NCBI GenBank assembly: GCA_052327205.1
Contig: CM126208.1
Span: 207,452,001 to 207,516,000 of the forward strand
DNA length: 64,000 bases
Direction of reading: 5' to 3'
From: Somniosus microcephalus
Taxonomy: Eukaryota
The notes under the pieces were generated by a model. The model worked only from the letters and a program-made list of their open reading frames with translations, did no database searches and had not been told where the DNA came from. Shown piece after piece: positions 52,025 through 64,000 of the stretch (positions within the stretch are counted from its first letter, which is position 1; the number at the start of each line of letters is the position of its first letter). Position numbers and translations under genes: made by a program.

Positions 52025-54349
52025 CGATAGCAAAATACTGCGGATGTTGGAAATCCAAAATAACAACAGAAAATGCTGGAAAAACTCAGGTGGTCAGGCA
52101 ACAGCCGTGGAGAAAAATTTGAGTTGACGCTTCGGGTCGAACCCTTCTTCAAAACTGGAAAGAAAAGATAGGTCGGAGGCAGGGCTGCGATCGGACAAAA
52201 GAATAAAAGAAACAAAAGAAGTAAAAGAGACAATAAAAGGTATTAGAAGCTAGACGAGATGGTAATAGGCTGAGATTAGGTGTAAAGTGTACTGGCAGGG
52301 CAAGAGATAGCTGCCAGGTGTGAGAGAGAAACAAAAGGAAAGGGGGGGGGGGGGGGGGGGGGAAAGGAGTGGAAAAATTACAAGAAAAAATGAAATAGGG
52401 GCCGAGGTTATGATCTGAAATTGTTGAACTCGATATTGAGTCCGGAAGGCTGCAGAGTGCCTAATCGGAAGATGAGGTGCTGTTCCTCGAGTTTACGTTG
52501 AGCTTCCGTGGAACAATACAAGAGGCCAAGGACGGTGAGGTCCGAGTGGGACTGGAGCAGTGAATTAAAATGACAGGCGACCGGAAGCTCGGGGGTCACC
52601 CTTACGGACTGAACGGAGGTGTTCCGCAACAGTTTCTAGTTTCCTGGCCCCAACCGCTTCCTTTTCACCATGGACGTACAATCCCTCTACACCTCCATCC
52701 CCCACCCGGATGGCCTGAGGGCGCTCCGCTTCTTCCTTGAACAGAGGCCCGACCAGTCCCCATCCACCACCACCGTCCTCCGCCTGGCTGAACTTGTTCT
52801 CACATTGAACAACTTCTCCTTTAACTCCACTCATTTCCTCCAAATCAAAGGTGTTGCCATGGGTACCCGCATGGGTCCTAGCTATGCCTGCCGTTTCGTG
52901 GGCTATGTGGAACAATCTTTGTTCCAGTCCTACTCGGGTCCCCTCCCTCACCTCTTTTTCCGATACATTGATGACTGTATCGGTGCCGTTTCCTGCTCTC
53001 GTCCCGAACTTGACAATTTCATTCACTTTGCCTCCAATTTCCACCCTTCCCTCACCTTCACATGGTCCATCTCTGACTCTTCCCTTCCTCGACTTCTCCG
53101 TCTCCATCTCTGGGGATAGGTCATCAACCAATATTCACTACAAGCCCACTGACTCCCACAGCTACCTGGACTACACTTCCTCCCACCCCGCTTCCTGTAA
53201 GGACTCTATTCCATTCTCCCAGTTTCTCCATCTCCGCCATATCTGCTCCGACGATGCCACCTTCCACACCAGTGCTTCAGACATGTCTTCCTTTTTCCGC
53301 AACCGAGGATTCCCCTCGACCGTGTCAGTTCTATCTCCTGCACTTCTGCCCTCACCCCTGCCCCTCCCTCCCGGAACCACGATAGGGTTTCCCTTGTCCT
53401 CACCTTTCACCCCACCAGCCTCCGCATTCAACGGATCATCTTCCGGCATTTCCGCTACCTCCAAAGTGATCCCACCACCAAACGTATCTTCCCCTCCCCT
53501 CCCCTTTCAGCATTCCGCAGGGACCGCTCCCTCCGAGACACCCTAGTCCACTCCTCTATCACCCTAAACAGCCCTTCCCCTTCGCCTGGCACCTTCCCGT
53601 GCAAGCGGAGGAGATGTAACACCTGCCCCTATACCTCCCCCCTTCCCACTGTCCAGGGCCCCAAACACCCCTTCCAGGTGAAACAGTGATTTACTTGTAC
53701 TTCTCGCAATCTAGTATACTGTATTCGCTGCTCATGATGCGGTCTCCTCTACATTGGGGAGACCAAACACAGATTGGGTGACCGCTTTGCGGAACACCTC
53801 CGTTCAGTCCGTACGGGTGACCCCGAGCTTCCGGTCGCCTGTCATTTTAATTCACCGCTCCATTCCCACTCGGACCTCACTGTCCTTGGCCTCTTGTATT
53901 GTTCCACGGAAGCTCAACGTAAACTCGAGGAACAGCACCTCATCTTCCGATTAGGCACTCTGCAGCCTTCCGGACTCAATATCGAGTTCAACAATTTCAG
54001 ATCATAACCTCGGCCCCTATTTCATTTTTTCTTGTAATTTTTCCACTCCTTCTCTCCCCCCCCTTTCCTTTTGTTTCTCTCTCACACCTGGCAGCTATCT
54101 CTTGCCCTGCCAGTACACTTTACACCTAATCTCAGCCTATTACCATCTCGTCTAGCTTCTAATACCTTTTATTGTCTCTTTTACTTCTTTTGTTTCTTTT
54201 ATTCTTTTGTCCGATCGCAGCCCTGCCTCCGATCTATCTTCTTTTCTTTCCAGTTTTGAAGAAGGGTTCAACCCGAAACGTCAACTCAAATTTCTCTCCA
54301 CGGATGTTGCCTGACCTGCTGAGCTTTTCTAGCATTTTCTGTTGTTATT
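52025..54349 (+). mobile_element. 5'-truncated Penelope-like element (Neptune-like) with an inverted terminal repeat
   Basis: RT motifs MDVQSLYTSIP, GVAMG and RYIDD; Cys linker CKRRRCNTC; GIY-YIG VYCI...YIGET. 52057-52629 is an inverted copy of 53787-54349. TSD TCCCCATTTCTG (52013-52024 / 54350-54361). Confidence 0.92.
54251..54287 (+). ncRNA. Minimal hammerhead-ribozyme-like motif of the PLE terminal repeat (variant core); second copy at about 52121-52158 on the minus strand
   Basis: AGTT-TTGAAGA-AGGGTTCAACCC-GAAACGTC-AACT: helix I AGTT/AACT, helix II GGG/CCC, core UUGAAGA instead of CUGANGA. Confidence 0.55.
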
Positions 54350-54626
54350 TCCCCATTTCTGACCTTATGTTGGAGGGAAGGTCATTGATGAAGCAGCTGA
54401 AGATGGTTGGGGCCTAGGAACTCTTGCAGTGATGTCCTGAGGCTGTAATGATTGACCTTCAATCACCACAACCATCTTCCTTTGTGCTAGGTATGACTCC
54501 AGCCAGTGGAGAGTTTCCCCCGATTCCTATTGACTTCAGTTTTACTAGGGCTCCTTGATGCCACACTCGGTCAAATGCCGCCTTGATATCAAGGGCCGTC
54601 ACTCTCACTTCTCCTCTGGAGCTCAG

Positions 54627-57430
54627 ATCCTGGACCTGGGTGAGAGCAGCATCGAGCGCGGCAGAGCTTAAAACCGGCAGCGAACGAGGCCCGACCACAG
54701 AGCCTGGACCTGGGTGAGAGCAGCATCGAGCGCGGCAGAGCTTAAAACCGGCAGCAAGGAGCGAGGCCCGACCACAGAGCCTGGACCTGGGTGAGAGCAG
54801 CATCGAGCACGGCAGAGCTTAAAACCGGTAGCGAACGAGGCCCGTCCACAGAGCCTGGACCTGGGTGAGAGCAGCATCGAGCGCGGCAGAGCTTAAAACC
54901 GGCAGCGAACGAGGCCCGTCCACAGAGCCTGGACCTGGGTGAGAGCAGCATCGAGCGCGGCAGAGCTTAAAACCGGCAGCAAGGAGCGAGGCCCGACCAC
55001 AGAGCCTGGACCTGGGTGAGAGCAGCATCAAACGCGGCAGAGCTTAAAACCGGTAGCAAGGAGCGAGGCCCGACCAATTCAGCAGCGGGGGACAGAGGTA
55101 AAAAGTAATCGAAGTGTGACGTCAGCAGGAAGCAGGTAAGTGATTGGTAGGTGAGTATTTCTCTCTTTTTTAAACTTTAACTCTGGTTTATAGTTTCTAA
55201 GGTCTCTCTGGTGTAGCGGGGACTGTTGGTAAACTATTTAACTGTAGTGTAATTAGTGGGATTGATTGATTTAATTTAAACTCAATTAATTAAAGGGTAA
55301 GTCATGGCAGGACAGCCCGGCTCTGTGATCTACGATATAGGTAAAAAGCGGGATGAGGTCCTAAAAGCGGAATATAGGTTAAAAAACAGGACCTCAAAGG
55401 TAGTAATCTCAGGATTGCTACCAGTGCCACGTGCTAGTCAGAGTAGAAATAGAAGGATACTTCAGATGAATACGTGGCTAGAGGAATGGTGCCAGGGGGA
55501 GGGATTCAAGTTCCTGGGGCATTGGAACCGGTTCTGGGGGGAGGTGGGACCAGTTCAAACCGGACGGTCTGCACCTGGGCAGGGCTGGAACCGATGTCCT
55601 AGGGGGAGTGTTTAAACTAAAATGGAAGGGGGTTGGGAACCTGAGCAGGGAGACAGAGGAAAGGGAAACAAGGATAAAAGCAAAAGATAGGAAGGAGGAA
55701 AACAAAAGTGGCAGTCAGAGAAATCAACAGTTTAAATCAAACATGGCCACAGTAAATAATAATTCTAATAGGTCTAAGAGCGTTAAAAAAACAAGCCTGA
55801 AGGCTTTGTGTCTTAATGCGAGGAGCATTTGTAATAAGGTGGATGAATTGGCTGCGCAAATAGAGGTAAACGAATATGATTTGGCTGGGATTATGGAAAC
55901 GTGGCTCAAGGATGGCCAAGACTGGGAACTCAACATCCAGGGGTATTCGATATTCAGGAAAGATAGGCAAAGGTAGCATTACTGGTTAAAGAAGGGATTA
56001 ACACAATTGTAATGAAGGATATTAGCTCTGATGATGTGGAATCTGTATGGGTAGAACTGAGAAATACTAAGGGGAAAAAAACATTAGTGGGAATGGTATA
56101 TAGACCTCCAAACAGTAAGGCGGAGGTTGGGGATGGCATTAAAAGGGAAATTATATAAGCGTGCAATAAGGGCACAGCAGTCATCATGGGTGACTTTAAT
56201 CTACATGTAGATTGGGCTAACCAAATTACTAACAATACTGTGGAGGAGGAATTCCTGGAGTGTTTACAGGATGGTTTCCTGGACCAATATGTCGAGGAAC
56301 CAACCAGAGATCAGGCCATCTTAGACTGGGCATTATGTAATGAGAAAGGATTAATTAGCAATCTTGTTGTACGAGGCCCCTTGGGTCGGAGCGATCATAA
56401 TATGATCAAATTCTTCATTAAGATGGAGAATGAAGTAGTTGACTCAAAAACTAGGGTCCTCAATTTAAATAAAGGAAACTACAATGGTCTGAGGAGCGAG
56501 TTGGGTAGGATTGATTGGGGAATGGCACTCAAAGGGTTGACGGTGGATAGGCAATGGCAAACATTCAAAGACCGAATGGTTAGGTGATTGGGCAGAAACA
56601 TGGCAAATGCACTATAATGTGGATAAATGTGAGGTTATCCACTTTGGTGGCAAAAACAGGAAGGCAGATTATTATTTGAATGGCAATAGACTGGGAGAAG
56701 GGGAAGTGCAAAGAGACCTGGGTGTTCTTGTGCACCAGTCGCTGAAGGTAAGCATGCAGGTGCAGCAGGCGGTTAAGGCGGCAAATGGTATGTTGGCCTT
56801 CGTAGCAAGAGGGTTCGAGTACAGGAACAAGGATGTCTTGCTACAGTTGTACAGGGCCTTGGTGAGACCGCACCTTGAGTATTGTGTGCGGTTTTGGTCG
56901 CCTTATCTGAGGAAGGACGTTCTTGTCATGGAAGGAGTGCAGCGAAGATTCACCAGGCTGATACCTGGGATGGCAGGAATGACATATGAGGAGAGATTGT
57001 GTTGACTGGGCTTATACTCACTGGAGTTTAGAAGATTGAGAGGGGATCTCATCGAAACCTATAAAATTCTGTCAGGCCTGAACAGACTAGATGCTGGAAG
57101 GATGTTCCCGATGGTCGGGGAGTCCAGAACCAGGGGTCATAGTCTAAGGATAAGGGGTAGGACATTTAGGACTGAAATGAGGAGGAATTTCTTCACCCAG
57201 AGAGTGGTGAACCTGTGGAATTCTCTGCCACAGAGGGCGGTGGAGGCCAGTTCATTAAATATATTCAAGAAAGAGTTGGATATATTTCTTAAGGCTAAAG
57301 GGATCAAGGGATATGGGGAGAAGGCAGGGACAGGGTACTGAATTTGGATGATCAGCCATGATCTCATTGAATGGCGGAGCAGGCTCGAAGGGCCGAATGG
57401 CCTACTCCTGCTCCTATCTTCTATGTTTCT
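54627..57430 (+). mobile_element. CR1 LINE with retained 5' end, internally deleted
   Basis: 5' tandem monomers; ORF1 start MAGQ fused to an SGNH-esterase remnant (VVISGLLP); APE endonuclease (NARSI, ETWL, GDFN, SDHN); RT core deleted near 56580; 3' ORF2 and tail TTCTATGTTTCT. Confidence 0.9.
54629..55076 (+). repeat. Six tandem 74/77-bp CpG-rich monomers in the CR1 5' UTR
   Basis: Units start at 54629, 54703, 54780, 54854, 54928 and 55005, each CCTGGACCTGGGTGAGAGCAGCATC...CTTAAAACCGG. Confidence 0.93.
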
Positions 57431-59271
57431 GTGTTGTCCATGTTTGGACCAAGGCTGTAATGAGGTTGGCAGACGAGTGGTCTTGGCGGAACCTAAACTG
57501 AGCATCAATGAGTAGGTTATTGGTGAGTAAGTGCACTTACTCACCAATATTATGTGGCACTTTGTCGAACGCCTTTTGGAAATCCATGTACACCACGTCA
57601 ACTGCATTGCCCTCATCAACCCTCTCTGTTACCTCATCAAAAAACTCGATCAAGTTGGTTAAACATGATTTGCCTTTAACAAATCCGTGCTGGCGTTCCT
57701 TAATGAATCCACACTTGTTCAAGTGACTGTTAATTTTGTCCTTGATTATTGTTTCTAAAAGTTTCACCACTACCGAAGTTAAACTGACTGGCCTGTAGTT
57801 GCTGGGTTTATCTTTACACCCTTTTTGAACAAGGGTATAACATTTGCAATTCTCCAGTCCTCTGGCACCACCCCAATTTCGAAGGAGGATTGGAAGATTA
57901 TGGCCAGTACCTCTGCAATTTCTTCCTTCACTTCCCTCAGCATCCTAGGATGCATCCAGCTCTTTCTAGTACCTCATCTTTATCAATTCTTATTCCATCC
58001 AGTATCTTCTCTACCTCCTCCTTTACTATGTCTATGGCAGCATCTTCTTCCTTGGTGAAGACAAATGCAAAGTACTCATTTAGTACCTCAGCCATACCCT
58101 CTGCCTCCATGCGTAGGTCTCCTTTTTGGTCCCTAATCGGCCCCACCCCTCCTCTTACTACCCGTTTACTATTTGTGCCTATAGAAGACGTTTGTATTAC
58201 CTTTATGTTGGCTGCCATTCTATTCTCATACCCTCGCTTTGCCCCTCTTATTTTCTTTTTCACTTCTCCTCTGAACTTTCTATATTTAGCCTGATTCTCA
58301 GATGTATTCTCGACCTGACATCTGTCATACGCGCTCTTTTTCCGCTTCATCTTGCTTTCCATCGCTTTTGTCATCCAGGGAGCTCTGACTTTAGTTGCCC
58401 TACCTTTCCCCCTAGTGGGAATGTACCTCGACTATACCCAAAGTATTTCCTCTTTAAAGGCAGCCCATTGTTCCACTACAGTTTTGTCAAAAGTTATCCT
58501 GACAGTGCCTCATGAAGACATTTGGATCTTTTGCTTGGATCACAGGTTTGTCATTGCTCCCAGATATCTACAGTGGCCCATTAGATGCTTTCACCCACCC
58601 TATTTCCTTTTGTAGTAACCACAATTTCCAATGACTAAAAACATAGCAAGACCTGTACTATATGGTTCTGTGACTATCCTCAACAGCAATTGTCTCACAA
58701 AAGTTATCCTGACAGTGAGATGAGAATAACTAATTCTTCCTTCTAAAGTTTAGTTAAAATGCAGTCTGCTCCACTGAAATATGGTGTTTAACTCTTCAAG
58801 ACAAAATTCTCTCCATTTTTTGAAAGTCTTATCTGTATATTAGCTTAACCTTTGTCGATTGTAAGCTTTCAGTTTTAGAGAACTCTGAAGTTCTCAAGCA
58901 AGCCACTTGCTTGCATCAAACCAGAGGTTCAAAAAGGCCGAGCACCACCTTCCCGGTACAACTCGGGGTGGGCAATAAATGCTGGCTCTGCCAGTGACCC
59001 CCACAGCCCAGGAGTGAATTTAAAAAATCATAACACATGTTAGAGTCTGGAAGGCAGACACAGCCAGGAACGGACGAGTGGTGAAAGAGACTCTGGAAAT
59101 TATTCATGATATCCAGGTGTTAGAACAAATGCTCTTTTAATTTTAGATAGAAGTTTGTTTAGTTTTGGGCTCATTTAGTGGTATCATCACCTGAAGCTTG
59201 AAAAATAGGTTGCAGTTGCAAACTTAAATTACAAAAACACCAAGTGGTTTCCGATTGATTTATTTTCTTAC

Positions 59272-59367
59272 CTTAAATTCAGGATAAAACGTGAAAAGGA
59301 AAGTCTCCCCAGTGCCATAAAAACAATCGCTAACTTTAAATGGTTCGGATGCTAGTGCACCAAATAG
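59272..59367 (-). CDS. OXR1: OXR1 coding exon (96 bp)
   Basis: AG/GT boundaries; encodes LFGALASEPFKVSDCFYGTGETFLFTFYPEFK. Confidence 0.95.
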
Positions 59368-60009
59368 CTGCAGGTAAAGAACAGGTAATGGAAACGAGAT
59401 AATGAGAACATGATTAAGAGAGAACATTTCTTAAACTATCAAATGATCTGATTTATTGTAAATGGGTTTATTTCATAGAAATTAACAGTAGCATCCTCAT
59501 GACACCCCTACCCTACTCATGCTTACACCAATGGTCGCTTCATCACCATCTATGCGCTCACAGCTTGTGCTGTGCTCTCCACAGCTAATGCTGCCCAGCC
59601 CCAAAATTGAATGGGTGTTCGCCAGGTGCAGTAGGTGAAAGGAGTAGTGGAGCAATGGGGAACAGAGCTGACCGTCATGGTTGGGAGTACCATACAACTC
59701 TTCAGCAAGCAGCAGCAGGCAGGATTAGTGCCACAGCACCACCTAGCTGAGGTACAATTAAGATAAAAGGGAGAAGTCAAAGGTGTCAAAGATTAGCAAA
59801 ACAGAATAGTGTTACAGGAGAGAGGTGTCAGAGAAAGTGTGCATGTGCAAAATATGACAGCTTGATTGTATTTTGTGCAGAAATGTCAGTCTTTGGAATG
59901 TTAATACTTTGTTGACAGTTAACAGTACTGTATATAATAAAAACAATCTTTTTGTTTAATGGGTGAAATTAAAGTAACAGGTTCTGTCTTTTAAATGTTC
60001 ATGCTGTAC

Positions 60010-60162
60010 CTGGCCATCGCTGTCTTTAATAACTAGCAGCATTGGTGTATCGACACCCGTCATACTACGGTACAGTGTCTTTAGACTCATGCCATGCTTT
60101 GCAGTGCTGTAAATTAGAGTCCACGGGTAACCAACAGTTCGCGGAGGCAGATTTTTTGCAAG
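60010..60162 (-). CDS. OXR1: OXR1 coding exon (153 bp, start of the TLDc core); upstream exons not seen in the window
   Basis: AG/GT boundaries; encodes LAKNLPPRTVGYPWTLIYSTAKHGMSLKTLYRSMTGVDTPMLLVIKDSDGQ. Closer to OXR1 (LPPRT, KDSDGQ) than to NCOA7 (LPARV, KDMDNQ). Confidence 0.95.
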
Positions 60163-62209
60163 CTGAAATTCACACAAAAAAATGATCAACAGAGTGAATG
60201 CTTAAAAATCAAATAACACAACAGGATTCAAATACATTTTTAACACTGATATACTGTGCTATGCTGCTATTGCAGGAGTGTTTTATTTCCACTAACACCA
60301 TAAATGAGACAAAATCCACCTGCTTGCTGAGTGTAGAGAATGGAGGTACAGAGCACAAATGCCTCTTTATGTTGATCCTCCAACTGCGAATGGTGGCACT
60401 CAGGTGCAGTTTAAAAAAGTGTATTTGAGGTCAAGGGTCACTGCTTCAGCACCATTTGCTTCTGCCTCAAGCACCTACATTATGGATACCCAAGACAAGA
60501 CTTCTGCACCTGTGTAAACTGCTAGGGCAGTCAGATATCAAGCATTTTCTAAATTTACTTTTTTTTTTAAATAACTACAGGAAACTTTCGATTAACCGGC
60601 ACCTAAATAACCGGAAATGTCGGTTAACTGGCAAAATTCAGGAGTAGGTTCAGGTAACTTTTATTACTTGCCTTCCTCCATGTGTTGCTGTGCAAGGGTG
60701 TGGCTGCAGCTGTTGCTAAGCTACAGAGACGCTTGCAACTTGTGGCCATTGTTTTGAACCTGTTGCTAAGCAACAGGGTTTGTTGCTTTATACGGAGCTC
60801 TCAGCTCCGTATCTTTTACTATAGCTTTCAGTTATCCAGAATTTTTGATGAACTGGCACCACGTCGGTCCCGTCCGTGCCGGATAAAAAAACGTTTCCGG
60901 TATTTGCTTTGAACTAGCTTCTGAAAAGTGCACAGGAGGTTTGAACCATCATATTCTCTACCGGTCAAGTGGCGTGCTTTGCCAAACAAGCTTAATTTAT
61001 TTTTTAAATGGACAGCGACATATATAAATGAACAGGGTCTGTCCACAGAATAGTAGATTTAGCAATTCAAAGTATTAAAAGGCTAAAGCATATCATGGCT
61101 GAAAAAAGATACAATCTCTGTCTGACTAATGTTGTCACTCTGTCTATCAAGAAATTTTTGCTAAATCCACATTGCTTTAAGGAGTTTGCTTTCAAGAGGC
61201 AAATGCCAACAAGCTCAAGGTCTACAGCTCTCAAGTCATAATTTTTTTCCTCTGTAAGAGTGCCAAATTAAATTTTAATTTACTCTCACACACAAGCCTC
61301 AAACAGCTGCGTAATTCTATTGAAAGTCAGGGCTGTGCCTGAAACCTAAAGCGGGAAAGAAATATGATCCACCAGTTGATATTTTAGTAATGTAACACAG
61401 GCAGAAACTACTTTCTGCAAAATGATAAGTGATACATCCCATAATGATGGCCATTAAACTACAGTGCTGACAAGCCAATTCACTTCAACAGGACGACTAA
61501 ACCAAAGGTCTGCCAACTCAATCGCATTAGATTTGCTAAATAAAAGCGCACTTTATTCAATAAAAGCAACCTTTGACAGATACTGAAAACAATCAATGCT
61601 TTTAATCCTTATATTGGCACAGCCAGAGCATTACCACTATTTTCATACCAGTGTTAATTTTTTTAAAAGTTTACTGCTGCATTCAAAACAAACTCAACTT
61701 TTTGCTGCCTGGAACATTCCTCCCCTCATTCAAAGGTCACCCAAATTATGATTACGGAAACCAGGTTTGGAATTTTGCTAAAACCAGTTGTGCAAAGTCT
61801 ATACAGTTTTTTTTTAAGTCAAAATTTGTTTGCAATACACTACAGTGGACAACCGCACAACCAGTATTTCATGAAAGACAGTGATTATATTTGGAGATTA
61901 ATGCATTCAATAGATTTATACCATCCTGGTCCACATATGAACCCAGTCTTGTGTGGCAAATATTACAATCCTATTACAGTATACAGTTTCTGTTGCATCA
62001 GCACGAGATTTTCAAAGCTGAGGCAGAGAGGGTATATTGCCAGCACAGACATAGGTTTTCACTCAATGTTTGTGAAGAAAAGGGCTTGTTAACATCAAAA
62101 CATTATGGGCCAGTAATGGCACATCTCGTGACATTAATTGGACTTGTTAGCTAATCTTCAGATCACACTATATTTACGCTGCAAATTGCTGGAAATGCAA
62201 ACGGATAAT

Positions 62210-62957
62210 GGGCCAGAATTTGCGTTCAAAATAATGGTGCATTATTTTGTGCTTGCAGTTATTTACGCGCAAATGGCACAGCAACTCCAGTCGAGCAGCA
62301 GATGTGCATTTAAGCGCGGATATCCAAAGCTGCTGTCAGAGTTGCGCTACTCCACTGTCAGCTTCCCGAAAATGACAGCTCACTGTCTGCCCCACCATTG
62401 AACAGCGTGAAGTTTCTGTATTTGCATGGTAGATGCAAACTAAACGCACCTTACCATTTCAAGCACAAGTACCCATGGATAACTGTTAGTTATATGCCAA
62501 CCAACCTCGGACACTGAAAATTAACAATTACAAGTGCGGAGTCTCATTCCTTCAGGATGTGGAGATTCCTTGATGTGTGGAGATTTTAAAAATGTCAAAT
62601 TTAAAATGCAAAACTTTACTTTTCCTTTCTGTCTTGCTTTCTCAATCCAATCTCTTTCCCTCTCTCGTTCTCTTTCTGTAGCTGATTTGACATTGAATTC
62701 ATCCACTCTAATTTACACTTCATTCTCAGTCCTTGTGCAGTTTATTTCGCAAACCTTCAATCTGATTGGTTAAGGAGATACACAGTTGCTTGCCCCGTTA
62801 ACTCAAGTCCCAGATACCATGTTTCCCTCGCTGTGCCATTACAAGCCTGCACTTTCAGCAACTTGCCACACAAAGAATTTAAAAACCTAAACGTGCAAGG
62901 GCAAGTCTAACTAATGGCAGACACCGTTTGATGCCCTGCCACAGCAAATTAGGGCCC
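62210..62957. mobile_element. Non-autonomous TIR element related to 39338-41099
   Basis: GGGCCAGAATTTGC ... GCAAATTAGGGCCC (12/14 inverted match). Similar termini near 48693, 63440 and 63963. Confidence 0.5.
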
Positions 62958-64000
62958 AAGGGCACAGCAATGTCAATGTGGCATCTGGGCCCTCATGAGC
63001 GTCGTGCCCAATGGTCTCTCCTTAACCAATGAAAGGATAGAGAAAGAAACAGTGATGGAGAAGGGAACAGCAAGAAATTATTAATTTCTGCAAGAAATCT
63101 AACTAATTTGCATTTCTAAGTATCGATACAGTTTTGCATCCTGAAAATAAATCACTTAATTAACAGGGTCCTTACAACATGAATTACCACCCTTAAATGG
63201 CTGCGGCGAGATTAATTTGCATTAACGACGTAATACTAATTTCAATGTGGAGGCTCACGGCGAGGTTGTAATTTTTTCAGTTTTTCGTGGCCAACAGAAA
63301 AGCAGCGCAAATCATCCAGCAACTTGTGGAGAATCAGAACTCACGACATATCTCTTTGCTGCAAACGGTTGGATTTTTTACAAACTAATAATGATGTGTG
63401 CTGTTAAGTTGCCATTATCTTTCCAGCAATTTCTAGGCCTATATTTTGAGTGGTCCAGAAATGTGCCAATGCCAATGGTGGTGGTGGACTCTGCCTCATT
63501 TATACTGCAGGATTGATTCCATACGACTGGCTCAACAAGCTAGGTAGCTGTTTAAAAGGTGTAATTTGTAACTATTTTGTGGGAGGCACATCTTCTTGGA
63601 TGGTTTGGAGATGTTCTCTAGAGGCCAATGATTGGAAAACCATGCTGCTGGTTTGTAGAAGGAGGCTGAGCCTCTCAGCTTGCTCACAGTCAAAGAGGAT
63701 GGAGGCCGGAAATGAAAAAAACCCAGTAATCTACAGTCATCATCTGCTGTATGTGAGCTTTGTTCAAATAAAGGCAATGTTACCCACTATGGTGAAGGGT
63801 GGTGGTGGTGGGGGGATGCGGGGGAGTCTAAAGAAAACTGGAAGCCAGGAGTGAGGAAGTCTGACATAAACTTTACATTCAGTGTGAAGACGACGAGAGA
63901 AAGCCACTGAAGCGGACAGTACAAATGGGTTTAAGAGAAGTATCTCAAAAAACAGCAAATATGGCCTAGATTTTCAGTGTGCCGTGAGGCGGGCTTTTAG

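Larger units (their letters stand above)
51118..57547 (-). mobile_element. Second CR1-superfamily LINE in three pieces (51118-52024, 54350-54626, 57431-57547)
   Basis: MFADD...WADKWQ...ILGVTID, ALDIKAAFDRVWH and LITALVQTWT are collinear across two nested insertions. Poly(A)-like end near 51118. Confidence 0.8.
50018..58480 (-). mobile_element. CR1 LINE split into 50018-51117 and 57548-58480 by a nested insertion
   Basis: The 3' part ends at GCAAGCCTATT and resumes at TATTATGTGGCAC. Motifs HGFVKGKSCLTNL, DFQKAFDKV and WADTWHMKFNAEKC. Confidence 0.8.

Noticed and set aside
44378-60162. NCOA7 or another TLDc paralogue
   Set aside because: Diagnostic residues (LPPRT, SEPFKVSD, WTGDNMFFIKGDMDSL, IEIWAFE) match OXR1.
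60576-60632. Tigger/pogo-like end with repeated TAACCGG motifs
   Set aside because: Only one end is visible and there is no transposase remnant; support is too weak.
60163-64000. Short ORFs as possible upstream OXR1 exons
   Set aside because: No recognisable OXR1 peptide or convincing splice-bounded frame; consistent with intron.

Overview
This is vertebrate nuclear DNA, most likely from a cartilaginous fish (shark), judging by HE1/V-SINE, Deu-SINE, shark-type CR1 and Penelope repeats. Bases 1-37774 are a G-rich 20-bp satellite (consensus ACAGTGTGAG(G/C)GACCAGG(G/A)T) with higher-order duplications. It is interrupted by a 5'-truncated RTE-X LINE, two sister Gypsy LTR retrotransposons in convergent orientation, a HE1-type SINE, and a third, unrelated Gypsy element carrying a nested BEL-type solo LTR. 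Bases 37775-64000 are AT-rich, repeat-dense DNA holding the last four coding exons (TLDc domain) and 3' UTR of OXR1 on the minus strand, with a nested CR1/CR1/Penelope stack in one intron. Three signals stand out. (1) All three LTR elements in the array duplicate the same 5 positions of the 20-bp monomer, and the LINE and SINE junctions fall in the same few bases. (2) The sister Gypsy elements have no tRNA PBS; the PBS position is a perfect 13-nt complement of their own LTR (self-priming geometry), and their RT has YLDN. (3) There is a micro-inversion between the two LTRs of the third element. The many long minus-strand ORFs in the satellite are artefacts. All coordinates, counts and family assignments were read by eye, without database searches.
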